The notes under the pieces were generated by a model. It did not search any database. It saw only the letters and a list, made by a program, of their open reading frames with translations, and had not been told where the DNA came from. This document shows positions 49,901 through 63,286 of a stretch of 64,000 nucleotides of DNA, one piece after another. Origin of the DNA: Camelus dromedarius (Eukaryota). The position numbers and the translations under genes are program-made. The stretch spans positions 12,030,001 through 12,094,000 of the forward strand of contig NC_087437.1 of NCBI RefSeq assembly GCF_036321535.1, read 5' to 3'. Every line of letters begins with the position of its first letter. Position 1 is the first letter of the stretch.

Positions 49901-51791
49901 TCTGTCCATAGACCCCAAGTCAGTGGCTGAACCTCAAAAGACATAGTGTCCACACTGAGTGGTCAGTAGGTCACAGCGAGAGGAGGTGGCACTGAGCACG
50001 GGGAGACAGTTTTCTCTAAGTCATCATCTGCCGATTTCCCCTGTAAGGTTCTGCCGAACCTGCGTACCTCCTGGTAGTTATAATGGCATCAGAGCCTCCT
50101 ATTTGGAGGCGGAAAACTCACCTAATACTTCAACTGGAGTTTTCAGTTCATGGATTTTAGAATATCTGAAAGTTGCCTTGAAAATGTTATTTAGATGCCG
50201 CTCATGAAACCGGTCCGTCCTAGTCTGTATCCGTGTAGTACAATCTGCTAAGGTCAGTTCTGCATCACAGTGCCTTCTTGAGTGTTGAGATACGTTCCTG
50301 GGAAAAAATAGCTTGACTTCCACGTACAAAAAATTCTGCTGGAAAGGCTTTCCCCCACTCCGTGGAGGGCTCCATTCTTTTCAATTGACCAGACATCGGG
50401 TCAGATTGTGTGTGAACCCACACACTTTTAATACACACTTGGGCTCAGGGGCAGAGCGAGTCAGTGGGGGTTGTTAGCATGAGGCGAAACTGCAGGAAAT
50501 GGAAAACTGTGCAGCCTTTCGAGGATGCTAAATTTGAATATGCAACCCATTGCTCCTTATTAAAACAAACCCCAAATAAAATGCTGTGGATGACATAGTC
50601 TCATTTTTGACAATGTAGCTATATCCATCGACTGTAGAAAAGAATAGAAAAATCACTACTTCCAGCTGAGAATCAGGCCTTTGGTTTTGTCTTTTTTCCT
50701 TTCCACTTTGGTGAGTCACGTAACACTTCGTTACTACATATTTGGGGGTTAATAGTATAGAATTCTTACCAATCTGACTACTTTTCTCTAAAAAGAGAAA
50801 TAAAATATATGGTTTATAGGAAGAGTGTTCTTGCAATAAACGTAAAGTATATTGGTGGCACCGGGGACAATGGGCAGAAAGGCAGAATGGGAAAGAGAGT
50901 GGATTTTAGAATCTTGATGGTAACAAGGCGTGGGCCCTGGACGGGGAGAGAGGCGTAGGAATTTTCTCAGGTTCTAATTCTTTATTTGTCAAGTTTAGTC
51001 AATGCAGTATGTCTTGTTAAAACTATTAAGTGAGGGGGGAACTGAGAAAGCATTTTTCGAAAATTTAGCAGCCATATTCTGTTTGTAAGCTACTGTGCTA
51101 TTAGAAATATTAAGGATGAATAGGAACTTAGGGTTGCTATTCAGTAAATAAATATTTATTGAGCATCTGCTGTCCTAGGCACCCCGCTAGGATAGTTACA
51201 CAGTGGCTCCAGTTTTCCCCTTTTTTCCAGACCAAAAACAAATACTGTGCAAATAGGGTCCAGTGAGTAACTTGGAAACCACATATTCACATTCTCACTG
51301 AAATGGTCCTAACAAGGCGGAGGGCGTCATAACTCAGCTCTGCGGGCGTTAATGGATAGATGACATTGATAAACCGCATTACAATTGGCCATTTTCTGTA
51401 TCCGAGAGAGTTTGTAAAAGTGGAATTAATTTTTTTTTAGATCAAGCAGCCCTTTACTGATAAAGGTAATAACTCATAATTTCCATGGGATGAATCATGG
51501 GTGACTCTCCAGGTCATTTGGAGAAATGGATTTGGTGAAGCTGGCCACACTGCGAGAAGTAGTGGGGCACGGAGTCGCAGTGGTGCTCCAGCTGTCTTGG
51601 AGAGTTGGAAAGGAGGGACCACCGCAGAACACAGGGTGGGGGTGGTCGGGAAACTGAAGCCCCAAGAGGCCATTTGACCACCAGCAAAGCACATAACTGA
51701 CTCTATCGGATTCGAATTCCCTGATCTAGTCTTGAGAACACCATGCACGTAATAACGTCTACAAAAACAAAGCATTTGGCTTTCTAAAAGT

Positions 51792-51810
51792 TGTGTGTGT
51801 GTGTGTGTGT
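51792..51810. repeat. (TG)n microsatellite
   Basis: tgtgtgtgtgtgtgtgtgt. Confidence 0.9.
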
Positions 51811-51852
51811 AGTTTGTGCTCCATGTAAAGTCTTTTAAGCATATCCCTAGGT

Positions 51853-52068
51853 CAGGTTTTCCTGACCTTGGCACCATTGATGTTTTGGGCCAGGTGACTG
51901 TTTATTGTTGGGGGGCTCTCCTGTGCACTGTAGAATATTTAACAACATTCCTAGCCTCTCTCTACTCACTCGATGCCAGTGGCACCCCCAGTCATGACAA
52001 TCAAAAATATTTCTGGACATTGCTTAACATCTGCTGGGGACAAAATCACCTCTGGTTAAAAACCACTG
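51853..52068 (+). mobile_element. MER20 hAT-Charlie MITE
   Basis: gaccttggcaccattgatgttttgggccagg...cctgtgcactgtagaatatttaacaacattcc...caaaatcacctctggttaaaaaccactg. Confidence 0.9.
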
Positions 52069-52089
52069 CCTTCAGGGCTGCTAAATGAT

Positions 52090-52280
52090 AGAAATGATGA
52101 TATCATGTGTGAGGCACTTTTCTGAACCATAACACATTAATACATTAACTCATGAATTATCATTAACTCATTGATTCATTAACTCATGAATTACCGTAGC
52201 TGCTTTATAAAGAGCGTTCTATTACCATCCTCATCTCCAGATGAGAAACTGATGCACTGAAGGTTAAGGCACTTGCAGAG
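52090..52280 (-). mobile_element. MIR SINE
   Basis: ctattaccatcctcatctccagatgagaaactgatgcactgaaggttaaggcacttgc. Confidence 0.7.
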
Positions 52281-54639
52281 ACCCTCCCCTCCCTTTGCCC
52301 CAGGGATGGTTTCACCCCCTCCGCCTGGCTGCATCGTTTGTTCTTTCTTGTTCTGCATAAGTCGTGTGTGCCTACTGATGAACCGTGCCTTTTAACACCC
52401 TGTGAATTTCTCTTCTAGATGCTTACAATTTTGTTTTTAATTTAATTTTATTTTTTAACAAAAGGAGGTTGTGTCTTGTTCCATAGGGCCTAGTGGCTCT
52501 CTCCGTGACCCCTTGGCTCTTTGAAATGGAGTAAGCTCTAGGCAGGTTCCTTTGCAACATCAAGCAAAGAAGCATGTTAATACAAATGCCAGTGAATTAA
52601 TTAAGGAGGCTCTCACGGGGGCAGAGCACTGGGAACTCATCTATTTTTGTCCTTGGTCAGCTGTGCTGCATCCAAAGCATTAGGGCCTAATGGCTTCCCC
52701 TCTGAGTTGTCACGCTCATGGCTCCTTGATCTGGTTTGCCTTCTCGTGCCTGCTTTGGCCTGACTTTAGCATCTTCTGAGAATGAGATTATTTTCCATTA
52801 CACTATGACTATTATTTGGTTAATGAACCCAATTCAGGAAGCAGAATAACTTTAAAAACTAAACCCTCCAAATCCTGAACAACGTAGTTACCTTGGAGAC
52901 CTCGAGAAACCTGGCCAAAGCGTACCAGTCACAAGGATGAGAAGTACCTCCCAACACTAAATGGAGAGGAGCCAGTCAGTGTGGGCGGGGCTCCCCCCAG
53001 AGCGTGGTCCATGCTCACAGTCACAGACATGCACCCAGCAACATTAGGAACCTGGAAGAAACAACTCTCTTCTCTTTGGAAAAGAACTTATGGAGGGTCA
53101 ATGTTTAATTCATCTTGAAAAGAAATTTCAAGGACAAGTCCAACTGCAATTTTGAGGGAAAAAATTTTTTAAAAAACTTTCTTTTCAAAAGTCTTTTCCA
53201 GAGTTCTAGCAAATCACCCTGTACACAGTCTTGACCAGCAGAGGGCTTCCACACCTGGCAAATGATGCCTGATCAGAACAAATGGGACCAGGAACATTAA
53301 AAAATATATATTTTAACGTTTTCCTGTTTTTTTTGTTTGTTTGTTTTTCCCCTGCTTTTATCACCGATGTGCTTTCAAACTGAGTTTCTGCTCAGCTACA
53401 AAATGTTGATTTTTTTTTCTCTCTCAGCTTATACTGTATAGAGTATAATCAGGCTCCTTTGGAAAAAAAAAAAGTAAGGTTAGAAATGTGGGAATGTTTT
53501 CTACTTAGTTGGTTGGATAAAGGCTGTGCCTAGAGTGACTGATATTTTAAAGAAGTTTACAAATCAAATAGAATAAAGGGAATCATTAAGAAAAATACCC
53601 TCTTTTTTCTGCATTCATCACATGAAACGTTAGCTTTGGAATACCGTTAGTATTTATCTCTGGTCCTGGCTGCCAGAGAACCGCTTTTATCAGACCACTG
53701 CTCTCGGATTCCCCTTTTACATCCTAATCCTTTTTAACATTTAGAAAACTTTAGATTCCAAACGCACAACCGATAAGGGCTGGTGCACGATTATTCTGAA
53801 CACATGGAAGGGATGTGGATGGCATGTGGGTACACTGTTGCTCGCATATGCCCTCCCCGTGAGATGGTTGCTCACAAGCTGGTGAAGTTGGAAGTGATCA
53901 TTGGCTAATCTGGTGAATTCTTCAGTGCAAATGTGGAGATGTGTTGAGGGGCACCCTAGCTGTCTTCTCTCTGCCAGGCAGCCTGCACATCGTCATTGGT
54001 GCCCTCAAAGGTAATGCCCTCCCTTGGCATTCAAGAGAGTTCTGTAATAGCAGGTGCTTCGGGCACCCTTAGCCTGGTGGGGAGGCTGTGAGCAGTTTCC
54101 TTGCTAACGGTGCATAGGTGGGTCCTCATTTGTACTGGTCTGACTTCTGACCTGTATGGAGTGATAGCAAATATTGCCAATGAAAGATATGTGAAGGCGA
54201 AGCCCTTTGATTCTAATAGCAGAACCGCACTAAGTTCTGGATGTACAGAAACTATGTCTCAGGCAATGAATTTTTCTTCTTTCCATGTTGGCTGCTAGAT
54301 CTTTCACGGCCACCATGACGAGATTCATCTCCAGTGAGGGTTTGTGTTTTGTGACACCAATATGTGTGTTCCCTTCATTCTCCACTTTCTTTTATTGAAT
54401 GTAATTTTGTCAGGTATTTGTATCCTTTGGAGTGCCCAGGAGAGTATAAAAATAAACATAGAAATTCCACATCCTAAAGCAGAATGGCCATGCCAAAGTG
54501 TAATGCAATTTCATCGTATTTCAAGCCAAAAATACTTTCCCAGGGGTCATGTTGAAGAAGGCTGATGACCTGTCCTCTCATCATCAATGGGAAAAGCAGA
54601 AGACTTTGTCTTTCAGGCTTGTGAGTGAAGCAACTAGGA

Positions 54640-54935
54640 CAGAATGAAAAGAATAGTAAATTTGGAATCAGGAACCCAGAGTTTGGGTTGTGGGCATGAG
54701 GAATGTGGGCTGTGGACCAAATGGTTCCTTTGAATTCCAGCATCACCCCCAAAGGTCACTGGATGACCTTGATTAGTTTCTTCACTTCTCTGGGCCTCAG
54801 TTTTGTCAACTGTTAAAAAAACAGGAATATTTCACACCTACCTCACTGGGTTATAAGGATTAATTGAAATAATACATGTAAGATGCTTAGAAGGTCCCTG
54901 CTATAGTGAAATCTCTATAAATCCTTTTGTTACTG
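54640..54935 (+). mobile_element. MIR SINE
   Basis: cttctctgggcctcagttttgtcaactgttaaaa...cctacctcactgggttataaggattaattgaaataatacatgtaag. Confidence 0.75.
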
Positions 54936-55163
54936 TGACCATCACCTGGTCCTATCACTTTTGTGGGAGTTGTCACTCTAGCTGAGTCCCGATTTCCTCT
55001 GTCTCCTCCACCAATAATAATATCACCTTATAATCCTCTTGTGAAGATTCAGAGAGATGACTGTGAAAGCATCTGTAGTTGAGAAGCACTAAGGAAAAGC
55101 AGCATGCTGTTAGTATTGCCTTCTTAGTGCACATCTTAGTTTTATATTAGAAAAAACATGTAA

Positions 55164-55303
55164 GGGGAGGGTATAGCTCAGTGGTAGAGCATATGCCGAG
55201 CATGCATGAGGTCCTGGGTTCAATCCCCAGTACAGCCATTAAATAAATAAACAAATAAATAAATAAACCAAATTACTTTTCCCCACCCCCACCCCCCCAG
55301 AAA
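55164..55303 (+). mobile_element. Camelid tRNA-derived SINE (Vic-1 type)
   Basis: ggggagggtatagctcagtggtagagc (A box) ...ggttcaatcccc (B box), (taaa)n tail and C-rich end; degenerate TSD agaaaaaacatgta / agaaaaaaatatgca. Confidence 0.9.
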
Positions 55304-56224
55304 AGAAAAAAATATGCAGCTTAATGTTGAAAGCCACTTTGGGCTGGTTGGCTTCATTATGGCAGGTGAGCTGGGGAACTTGCTCAGAAAGGTCAAAGAT
55401 ACAACAGCAGTGACACCTCTACCTTTGAACACTTCCTTTGTTATTTTATATTGTCATTAAAGTATTTTTCTTTGACACTGACCTTGGGCATCTTTCATAC
55501 TTAATTGCAGAGAATGGACATCCCTGTATGATCGACCTGGGGGAAATCAGGGGAGAAAGACCGCGTTAGGGCAGTCAGCAGTGGGATTGAAGATGTCTGA
55601 GGCAGGGGGGTGGGGAGGGCAGTCCCAGCACTTAGGAGAAACAATTTTGGAAAATGAAAAGAAAGAGGGAGGTGGTGTTGAAGACTCGGGGATTTCTATT
55701 CATGCGTCTCCCACTATCACTTGTACAGTACCAGCAGGTGGCTTGCATTTCTAACCCACCCCGCTCGCTCATTTCCCTGGTGATATTTTATGGTTTCCAC
55801 ACCTCAGTGTGTGTTTTTCTTAGCACACTCCTTGGTCTGATTAAGTACAGGAATGTCAGGGGTCACTTTACCATCCTCTGTGTCGGACCTGGGTTTACAC
55901 TCGCCTCTCCTCTCTCTGAAGTCCCTAACAAAAAGCAGAGCTGGAGAGATACTGGGCAGATGTTTAACAGCTCAGGGACATCTAAAGCAATAGCGAACGT
56001 GTTTTAAAGAACAATAACAACAAAATTCAAACTCAGCTTTTACGTTTTTGGTAATAAATGCTTGATCTATTCTGTAGGTAACACAGCTCAGATAGTTGTT
56101 ACCCACATTAGTTAATCACACCCCGCAGCCTTGAGCTCTGTGCACCCACAGTCTCCCCCGAATTCACAGGGGCTTTGTCATTCCTCCACACTTTGCTCAC
56201 GAGTGCTTCCTGTCTGCCCATCTT

Positions 56225-56540
56225 CCAGAGTGACTCCACTGATGTGGTTTATTTGCTTTGTGTAGTTTTAAAAGTTAGAGTTAGTTGCAAATACTCCAGA
56301 AGTAAAGGATTTCACATATGGTTCTGGATTCCCAAGTCATCTTGAAAAATCAGAAGATCTAGCAGATCTGGTCTATGATGCTCCATTGCGGTAGCTGCTT
56401 AGTGGCCACCACCGTTGACAGGACAAACTCTCCAGTGGGTCACAGTTGCCACCTCACCCATCTGCTTTTCTGCCCCTGGGCTAGATTCATTTCCTGAAAG
56501 TATCTGTCTCCTGTCCTGTAAGGTCTGAGCATCAGACCTG
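56225..56540 (+). mobile_element. MER102-like hAT-Charlie element
   Basis: ttagttgcaaata...ggatttcacatatggttctggattcc...tcttgaaaaatcagaagatctagca. Confidence 0.65.
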
Positions 56541-56859
56541 GGAGCAGAGGTTGGATATTCCCTCAGTGCCTCCTGGGTTGGCTCAAGTCCCCATGTCTCC
56601 TGTGGAAATTGTTAGAGTAGCACTTGATTTCTTGCTTTGAATTGTACGTAGTCGCTTTGTAAATTTATCTCCTCAACTCACATGGTCATCTTTTAAGGGC
56701 AGAATCTGATCTCCTCTCACTGAGCTCTGATCACACCGAGTACAGTGTTTCTCCCACATACCCGTGTCTTCCAGCCTATTTTCCTGGGCACAGAATGAAC
56801 CAGCTGAGTGATCCTAGGAGCCTGTGAATGAATTATTACCCTATCTTGGCCTTTATGTG

Positions 56860-57260
56860 CTCCTCTGCAGTCATATAATTAAGGAGGCATTCACATTTTG
56901 CTTTATGGCACTATCAAAGTTTCCAAAATGAATAAAATAGCGTCATCATTAATAATTTGAGTTCGTCATCTTTGACCCAAAGGCATCCCACACTGGAGAC
57001 TGCAAATATTATTTTAAGCAGTTTAATGGATTACCAGGCGAGTAACTAATGGATTAACAGGTCAAATAAATTAATGGGTAAATTGATGTGAACATGTGGT
57101 TGAACGACTTTCCAATTGTAATTGTAACTGTAAAAGGCAGACACCCTGAGGGGGAATTAAGCAGTAGCAACAAACACTGTTATCATTAGAGTTTCCGGAA
57201 GCGAGCATAACAGACAGGATGTTTCCTAATGAAACTGTAAAACAATTAGAATAGCTCTTT
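56860..57260. promoter_or_regulatory. Candidate conserved enhancer
   Basis: Repeat-free block with two TAATGGATTA sites (57024, 57047), TCF/LEF-like ATCAAAG (56913) and many TAAT cores; conservation not tested. Confidence 0.4.
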
Positions 57261-57634
57261 GGAGCTTTGGTGGCTTTTTTTGTTTGGTTTGGTTGTTTTC
57301 CTAGTGTATCCAAAGGAAGAAGCTGGGTTTGGAGTGTCAGCCAGTTAGTCTCACAGTTATTATAAATAACCATCTATTTGAGAGGCAAAAGATGGACAGC
57401 AAAGTAGACAATTAAACATGTGCTACATAAATATGCATAAATCCAAGACCATCTGCCACGTTGTCCAATTTGACTGGTTGTCTTTATGTACCTACCACAT
57501 AAATCAGATTAAAAGGGTTCCCTGAAGCAGTGTTCCCTGTAATGACTGGGTAGAAGATCTTAATTCTTTTGCTAAGACTATAGTTCTCATGTTTCTCATG
57601 ACAAAAATTAACATACTTTACTTTTGGGGGTAAA

Positions 57635-58055
57635 GAATCAGTTAACTTTGCCATGTAATAAACGACCTTAGAAGTTAAATTTAACAACCATTCATGTATG
57701 TAGCTCATGATTCTGCTGGGTAACTTCTTCTGGGTTGGGTTGAATATGGCTGATTTTAGATGAGCTGCCTCCTTCTATGGTCCACTGACAGGCTGGGGGC
57801 TTGGGGGTGGACAGGGCTGGCCAGTTCCCTGTGGCCTCAGTCATATATCTGGTGGTTGGCTGGCTATTGGCTTGGGGGTGGGTTACCTGTTTTCCATCCA
57901 CCCACAAGCTCACCTGGGCTTATTCACATGGGGTTCAAAGAACAGCAAGAGAGGGCAGGCACCAGTGTGCAGTCACATTTTAAGTTCTCACAATTACTAT
58001 TGAATAATTGGCCAGAGGCAGCTGTGGGTAATTTTAGATACATTTGGCCATCTTT
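57635..58055 (-). mobile_element. MaLR LTR (MLT1G/H-like)
   Basis: tcagttaactttgccatgtaataaac...aacaaccatt...agctcatgattctg...cctgggcttattcacatgg...aagaacagcaagagagggcagg. Confidence 0.75.
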
Positions 58056-59048
58056 CTGTTTTTTTTTTAAAAAGACTTACTATAATCAAGAAATTACCTG
58101 TTTAGGCACCGGGAGAGAAAATGTGATTTGTAATTTTGCTACAATATTCATTTTGAATGATACACAAAATCATATAGAAATCATAAATACGTCTTTTGAA
58201 GTTGTGTCAATCTATTTTATAGACACAAATATTATACAAATATGAAAATACTGGTCACATTTTTGCATGTTTATTTCCCTTGTATCCGCAGTTTCTCCTC
58301 TATCCAAAGAATATGCCGAAAGTACCTACCCCATAAAGCTGTTGTGAAGATTACATTAAAAGCTTAACATTGTGCCCAACACATAGGAATCACCCTCTAA
58401 ATGTGGTCTGTGAGGGGCCTCTTGTCATTATTACCCAGTAGTGATGATGTCTGTGACAGCGTCTTCCCGAGAAGTGAGATGTTCATCACACAAAAGCCAC
58501 AAATCTACCTGGGCCAGCCATTGTTTTCCTAGAACTTACCCACCCTTCAGACGTGACGCTCAATCTTTGCATAATTGTGTGTAGGTTTTCTCTGGCTGTC
58601 GTATATTCACGTGCCATTTCATTTCAGCATACCAGACCATAGATACTCATTATATCTCTCCCAATACATCAAATTTCCAGCTAATTCTGTTTTAAGGAGA
58701 AGATGAGAGATAGAAAGTGGGTTGAATTTCAATTACTGTTTTCTCCCTAAGCCCTCTGTGTAATTCCTGATGACCGTGATGCCGCACGAAGTTCTGCTTC
58801 AGAGCTCCGGATAATAGGAGATGTGGAGAAGATGTTTCCTCGGAGAGTGGTGTGTCCATTAAGAGCCTTACAGTTTCATCGTTAAATATAGTTTCAGTAA
58901 TGCATTTTCTTCCCAGCCAAGCCTCATACGTACTTGAAGAGCTCTGTCTACTACACAGTGTTCAAAGCTCTCAGTAAATCTCATATTGGATAGGACATTA
59001 TATACTAGGACCTAATTTTAGAGGAAAATATAAAACTACTACCCCAAA

Positions 59049-59263
59049 CAGAAGACTGCAAACTTTTTCTGCAAAGGGCCAGATAGTAAATTTTCTAAAC
59101 TTTGTAGGATAGAAGGTTTCTGTTCCAACCGCTCAAATCTGCTTTTGTAGCAAAAGCAGACACAGACAATAGGCGAATGGGTGGAACCATATTCCAATAA
59201 AACTTTATTTACCAAAACAACAGTGAGCAAGTTTGGCTGGTGGCCACCACTAACTGACCGTTG
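59049..59263 (+). mobile_element. MER58A hAT-Charlie MITE
   Basis: gcaaactttttctgcaaagggccagatagtaaatttt...ttccaataaaactttatttaccaaaaca. Confidence 0.9.
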
Positions 59264-60029
59264 ACCTAGAAGGAGTTCTAAATCTTGTAAGCAATCAACA
59301 GAGAGAAAAGAGGGTCCGTTTTCTAAGCTTCAGACAATTGTTCCTGGTGGTGAGAACTGCAGCGGTCATCAGTGTCTCTGCTTCCTTTGGGAGCACGGAG
59401 TCATCCATAAACATTCAACATCTCCGAGCAAGAAGATGGTTCTGTTGTTTTTATAGGGATTCCATTTGGGGGGAAGGGGGTTCCCTGCATGTCTTTTACA
59501 TTTGGCGACGGATGTTGATAATGGTGTATTCAACTGGCCTTTTGAACTTCACAGACCAGCAGATTTAAATAAAAATGTCGAAGCAACACAGTTTCTGAAT
59601 AAAATAAATTCTAGTCAAGTCACTTAAACGCATGCACAGCTTCTGTCACCGTCTACTTTAACACCTGTAAGGAAGGCATTTCATTTTAGTGCCAGAGTAG
59701 AGAGGACTTGCAGTCCTTGGAGTTAGGAAAACAGACTGTTGTGTACAAAGCTGTCTCTATTTTCCCCGTTGCTTATAAATACTTTGTCATGGAAGCAATT
59801 CTCGTTCACAAGCTTGTATTTCAGACTGTTCCATCCAGACTGCCGTTTCACTTGTTTTATTTCCAAGTCAGCACAGGAACGCTCCTCAGGAGTTTGGTGA
59901 CTTTAATGTCAGCTGAAAACTTTCCACTGGCTGCCCCAGCCGTTTTCTCTAATGTGTCACCTCCCCGCTCAGAAACAGGCATGAGAACTGCCCTTCTTCT
60001 ATCCAACTTCCCGGTGCTTTTTTGAGGAT

Positions 60030-60560
60030 AGTGATTGAATCTTGTTTACAATCCTGTGAGCAAGGCATTCATTAAACCGATACAGGAGGAAACTGAGGTT
60101 CAGAGCATCTGAGGAATTTCCCTAATTTTGCAGTTTGTGTAACTAATCGGTCTGAGCTGGGATTTGAACCCACGCCCCTTACCCCAAGTGTGTTTCTTTG
60201 GCTGCTGCTGCTCTTGTCCCCACACCTGTGACAGCCCCCTTAATGTGCGAGTCAGCTCAGCTGGACACTGTTGCACGTCAGTTGTTCACCTCCGTACCGT
60301 TGCCCCCGTGCTCACTGTGCTGTAGTGAGTGTCTGGTCGTGCCCAGGGCTGTGGAGACCTGGGCGTCATTTCCAAGATGGTGGCAGTAATCAGAACCCAC
60401 CAGGTGAGATCACGTGGATGACGAAAACTTGTGATATGCTGGGTACCTTGCCAGCCATCTTCATGCACTATGTCATTTATTTTTCACAGCAAATCTGGAA
60501 GGGAGATAGAACTATTACTCTAATTCAACAGATGAGGAAACTGAAGTTAGGAGCTTAGTC
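60030..60560 (-). mobile_element. Two MIR pieces (~60030-60175 and ~60420-60560)
   Basis: acaggaggaaactgaggttcagag...gagctgggatttgaaccca; acagatgaggaaactgaagttagg. Confidence 0.7.
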
Positions 60561-61654
60561 ATTTAATCTTTATTTTGCAGGAGAGGTGCTTATTGTTTGG
60601 ACTCTAGCTTGCCTTTATTTGAAAACAAAAATGTGAGAAGCTTAATCTTGTTTTGGGTGATAATAATCCTTAGTTTTTGAACACAAATATCACTCTAATA
60701 AGGTTTAGAATAACATTAGTGTTTTAAATCATAAATATGCCTATTTAGTAATTCCTTATGCATCTGATATTATGGAGTATTTCTTGTAAGTGATACTTAT
60801 AGATAATTAAAGCTTAGTCTTTAAGTGCCAAAACCTAAATTAAAAAAAAGAAATTAAAGTGCTGTTTTAGAAAGCTGTCTTTGTAAAATAGGCAGGACAT
60901 ACCTATCTTGGGAGGTGTTGACACAGGAAGTAAACCTCAGATCAGGGCAGTGGCTTCCACATGTGGGGGACTGAGGATATTTTAATGAACTTCGAAAAAC
61001 AGCATAACTTGGCTTGGTACAGTCTGATTATTTGGTGTACAGAATACATTACTCCTTAAACCTTCTATGTCCAGAGGCTCAAAAAAATTGTTTGTGATTT
61101 CATGTCAAGCATTGACGTATTTTTAGTATCATGAAAAAATATTAACTTTTGGAAGCCCTGCCTTTGAGATGAAGCCCACGTGGAGTGTAAGAGGTCAGCA
61201 CGGTGACTGTGCCACGCATTGGTTTTCCATATCTCCTCCTTGTGCCCAGTTCTGGGGAGGTCACAGTGCAGGCTGGAGTGACCTGACCTGATCCAGCACA
61301 GGCTCTGGAGGAAAGATGAAGAAATCTTCCTATTTATTCACCGTCACTTTAATTATTCCTATTAAATAATGATGTTCCTTCTCAGTAAGGCTGTCTATAG
61401 AGTCATTAGGCTCCTGATTTATGCAAGTTCATATATGCATAAATGAAAGTACAATCTCCCTAAGGCTTCATGGAGAAAGAAACACATAGGAAATTGCACG
61501 TGGGTATCAGGGTATCAGCAATTGTAGAGCTTAAAGCTTTACTCAGGTACTGAAAGATGTAAGAGGAACACTTTCTCTCAACCATCAATATTTTGAAGAG
61601 GAGGAAGCTTTGGAGAGGTCCTTAGAGACAGCTAAAAGCTATGTTTACACTCTA

Positions 61655-61835
61655 GTCAGCACTATCCCGTAGAATTTTTTGCAGTGATGGAAATGTTCTA
61701 TAGCGTTTGTTTATCTTCTCGAGGTCACTGCCTAATATGGGAGCCACAAGTCTTACATGGCTTTTGAATGTCTACTTAACATGGGGCTGGTGAGACAGAG
61801 GGGGTGAATTTCAAACTTTATTTCATTTTAATCGA
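61655..61835 (+). mobile_element. MER3-like hAT-Charlie MITE
   Basis: cagcactatcccgtagaattttttgcagtgatggaaatgttctata...ctaatatgggagccacaag...ttttatttcattttaat. Confidence 0.7.
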
Positions 61836-62059
61836 TCATTTGAATGAAAATTAATTTCTGAAACGAATCCAGTATTCATAGTGAATAGCTTAAGGATTTG
61901 GGGTTAGAATCTGATAAATATCAGTTGAAATACTGCAGTTAAACCTTGGCTTTCATGGTGAGAGGTGGTGTGGGTTCATTATTCCAATTCTATGCCCTTC
62001 ATGTTAGTTGCTCTATAAATGATAGTTGCAACTTTTATAATTATTAATACTGTTATTAC

Positions 62060-62190
62060 TAAAATGAATATTTATTTGAAAATTGGTTAAGCAACTACTA
62101 CATGCCAGGCTTTGTTTTTGGTATCAGGGATGCCACAGAAGAGAAATCAGACAAAATCCTTGCCTTCATGGAGCTTACGTTCTAGTGAAT
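62060..62190 (-). mobile_element. L2 3' end
   Basis: ttaagcaactactacatgccaggc...agacaaaatccttgccttcatggagcttacgttctagtg. Confidence 0.8.
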
Positions 62191-63286
62191 AATTATGGAA
62201 TTAAATTCTATTAGATAATTTAATGAAATGGAAGTTTGTGCATACTACACTGAGATGTACAAAGAGAATGTGCACAATTCTTCTATCATTTGATTCATCT
62301 TATGTCCCTTCACCCTACAGGATGGAGGAAAGGAAGGATTTAAATACTTAATTTGGTTCTAGTCAGCAATTATGTATTTGTCCAATGCAATAGTTTAAAG
62401 TTAGAGGGTTTTTGTGGGGGAGGAGGTAACTTAAACTGAACTTTTTAATGTAATAATGTTCAGAGGTCTTGTATTTTCGTCCTATTGATCCTACATTTTC
62501 TGAGATGCTATCTGACTCTCTGGAGAGCAGTTTGGCTAGCGTGACCTTAAGACACGGGAGCGGTAGGGAATCTTGGCTGTGCCTTCAGTGTCCTCGTGCT
62601 GTTTTCAGCCCTGGCCGGCATCTGTTGCAGTGGGTCTCGTGTCTGCCTGGTCACTGCATGCCCTGCTGGCGTGTGTGGCCAGATGACATCTGCAGCTGGT
62701 GGGCTGGGTGGCCCGGGCTCTCTCTCAGCTTGGTCAGTGCCCAGCTGCTCTTTCTGCTGACTTGGCTCCAGCTCTGCTCTCCCCGGTTTTATAGCCTCCT
62801 AGAGATGAGCTGGGACTCTGCCTCATCTGCACAGAGCCTCTTTGTCCTCCTGATGGTCTCCCCTTCCAGCCTAATTCTTATCCAGAATCTTGGCCAATCT
62901 GTACACCCACTCTCAGGCTCCCTTCCAAACCACAGAGGAACCAAGTCTGGTCAGGAAAGCCAAGTGCAGGTTCTCCTTCTGCCTGCCCACCCTGAGCTGC
63001 TTGTTAGCTTTGGGGCCATCATTGTCCAGGTGGAGTTGGGATGGGATGGTCTGTGGCCCCATCACCTTCCACAGTCCCTGATCTTCTGGGTCCCTCTATC
63101 CTTGGCTTTCCTTTCTGTTCGTGTAATACTTCCTCTTTTGGGCAAAAAGAATGGACAAAAGATTAGAGCACAAAATGTCTTACCCTCAACCCTTTTCTCC
63201 TCTTCCTGTAGTTCCCTGGAGTTGTAGTAGTTGTTGCTGTGGTTTTAAAACTCTCTTTCTCTACCCAGCCCCAGCTTCTCCTCTGT

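Noticed and set aside
55164..55235. tRNA gene
   Set aside because: Has A and B boxes but continues into a (taaa)n tail with a TSD and has a decayed sibling at 17143; it is a SINE.
62469..63227. Longest ORF (252 aa)
   Set aside because: Non-ATG (TTG) start, L/S/W/C-rich composition, no recognisable domain or exon structure; likely a chance ORF in a GC-richer patch.
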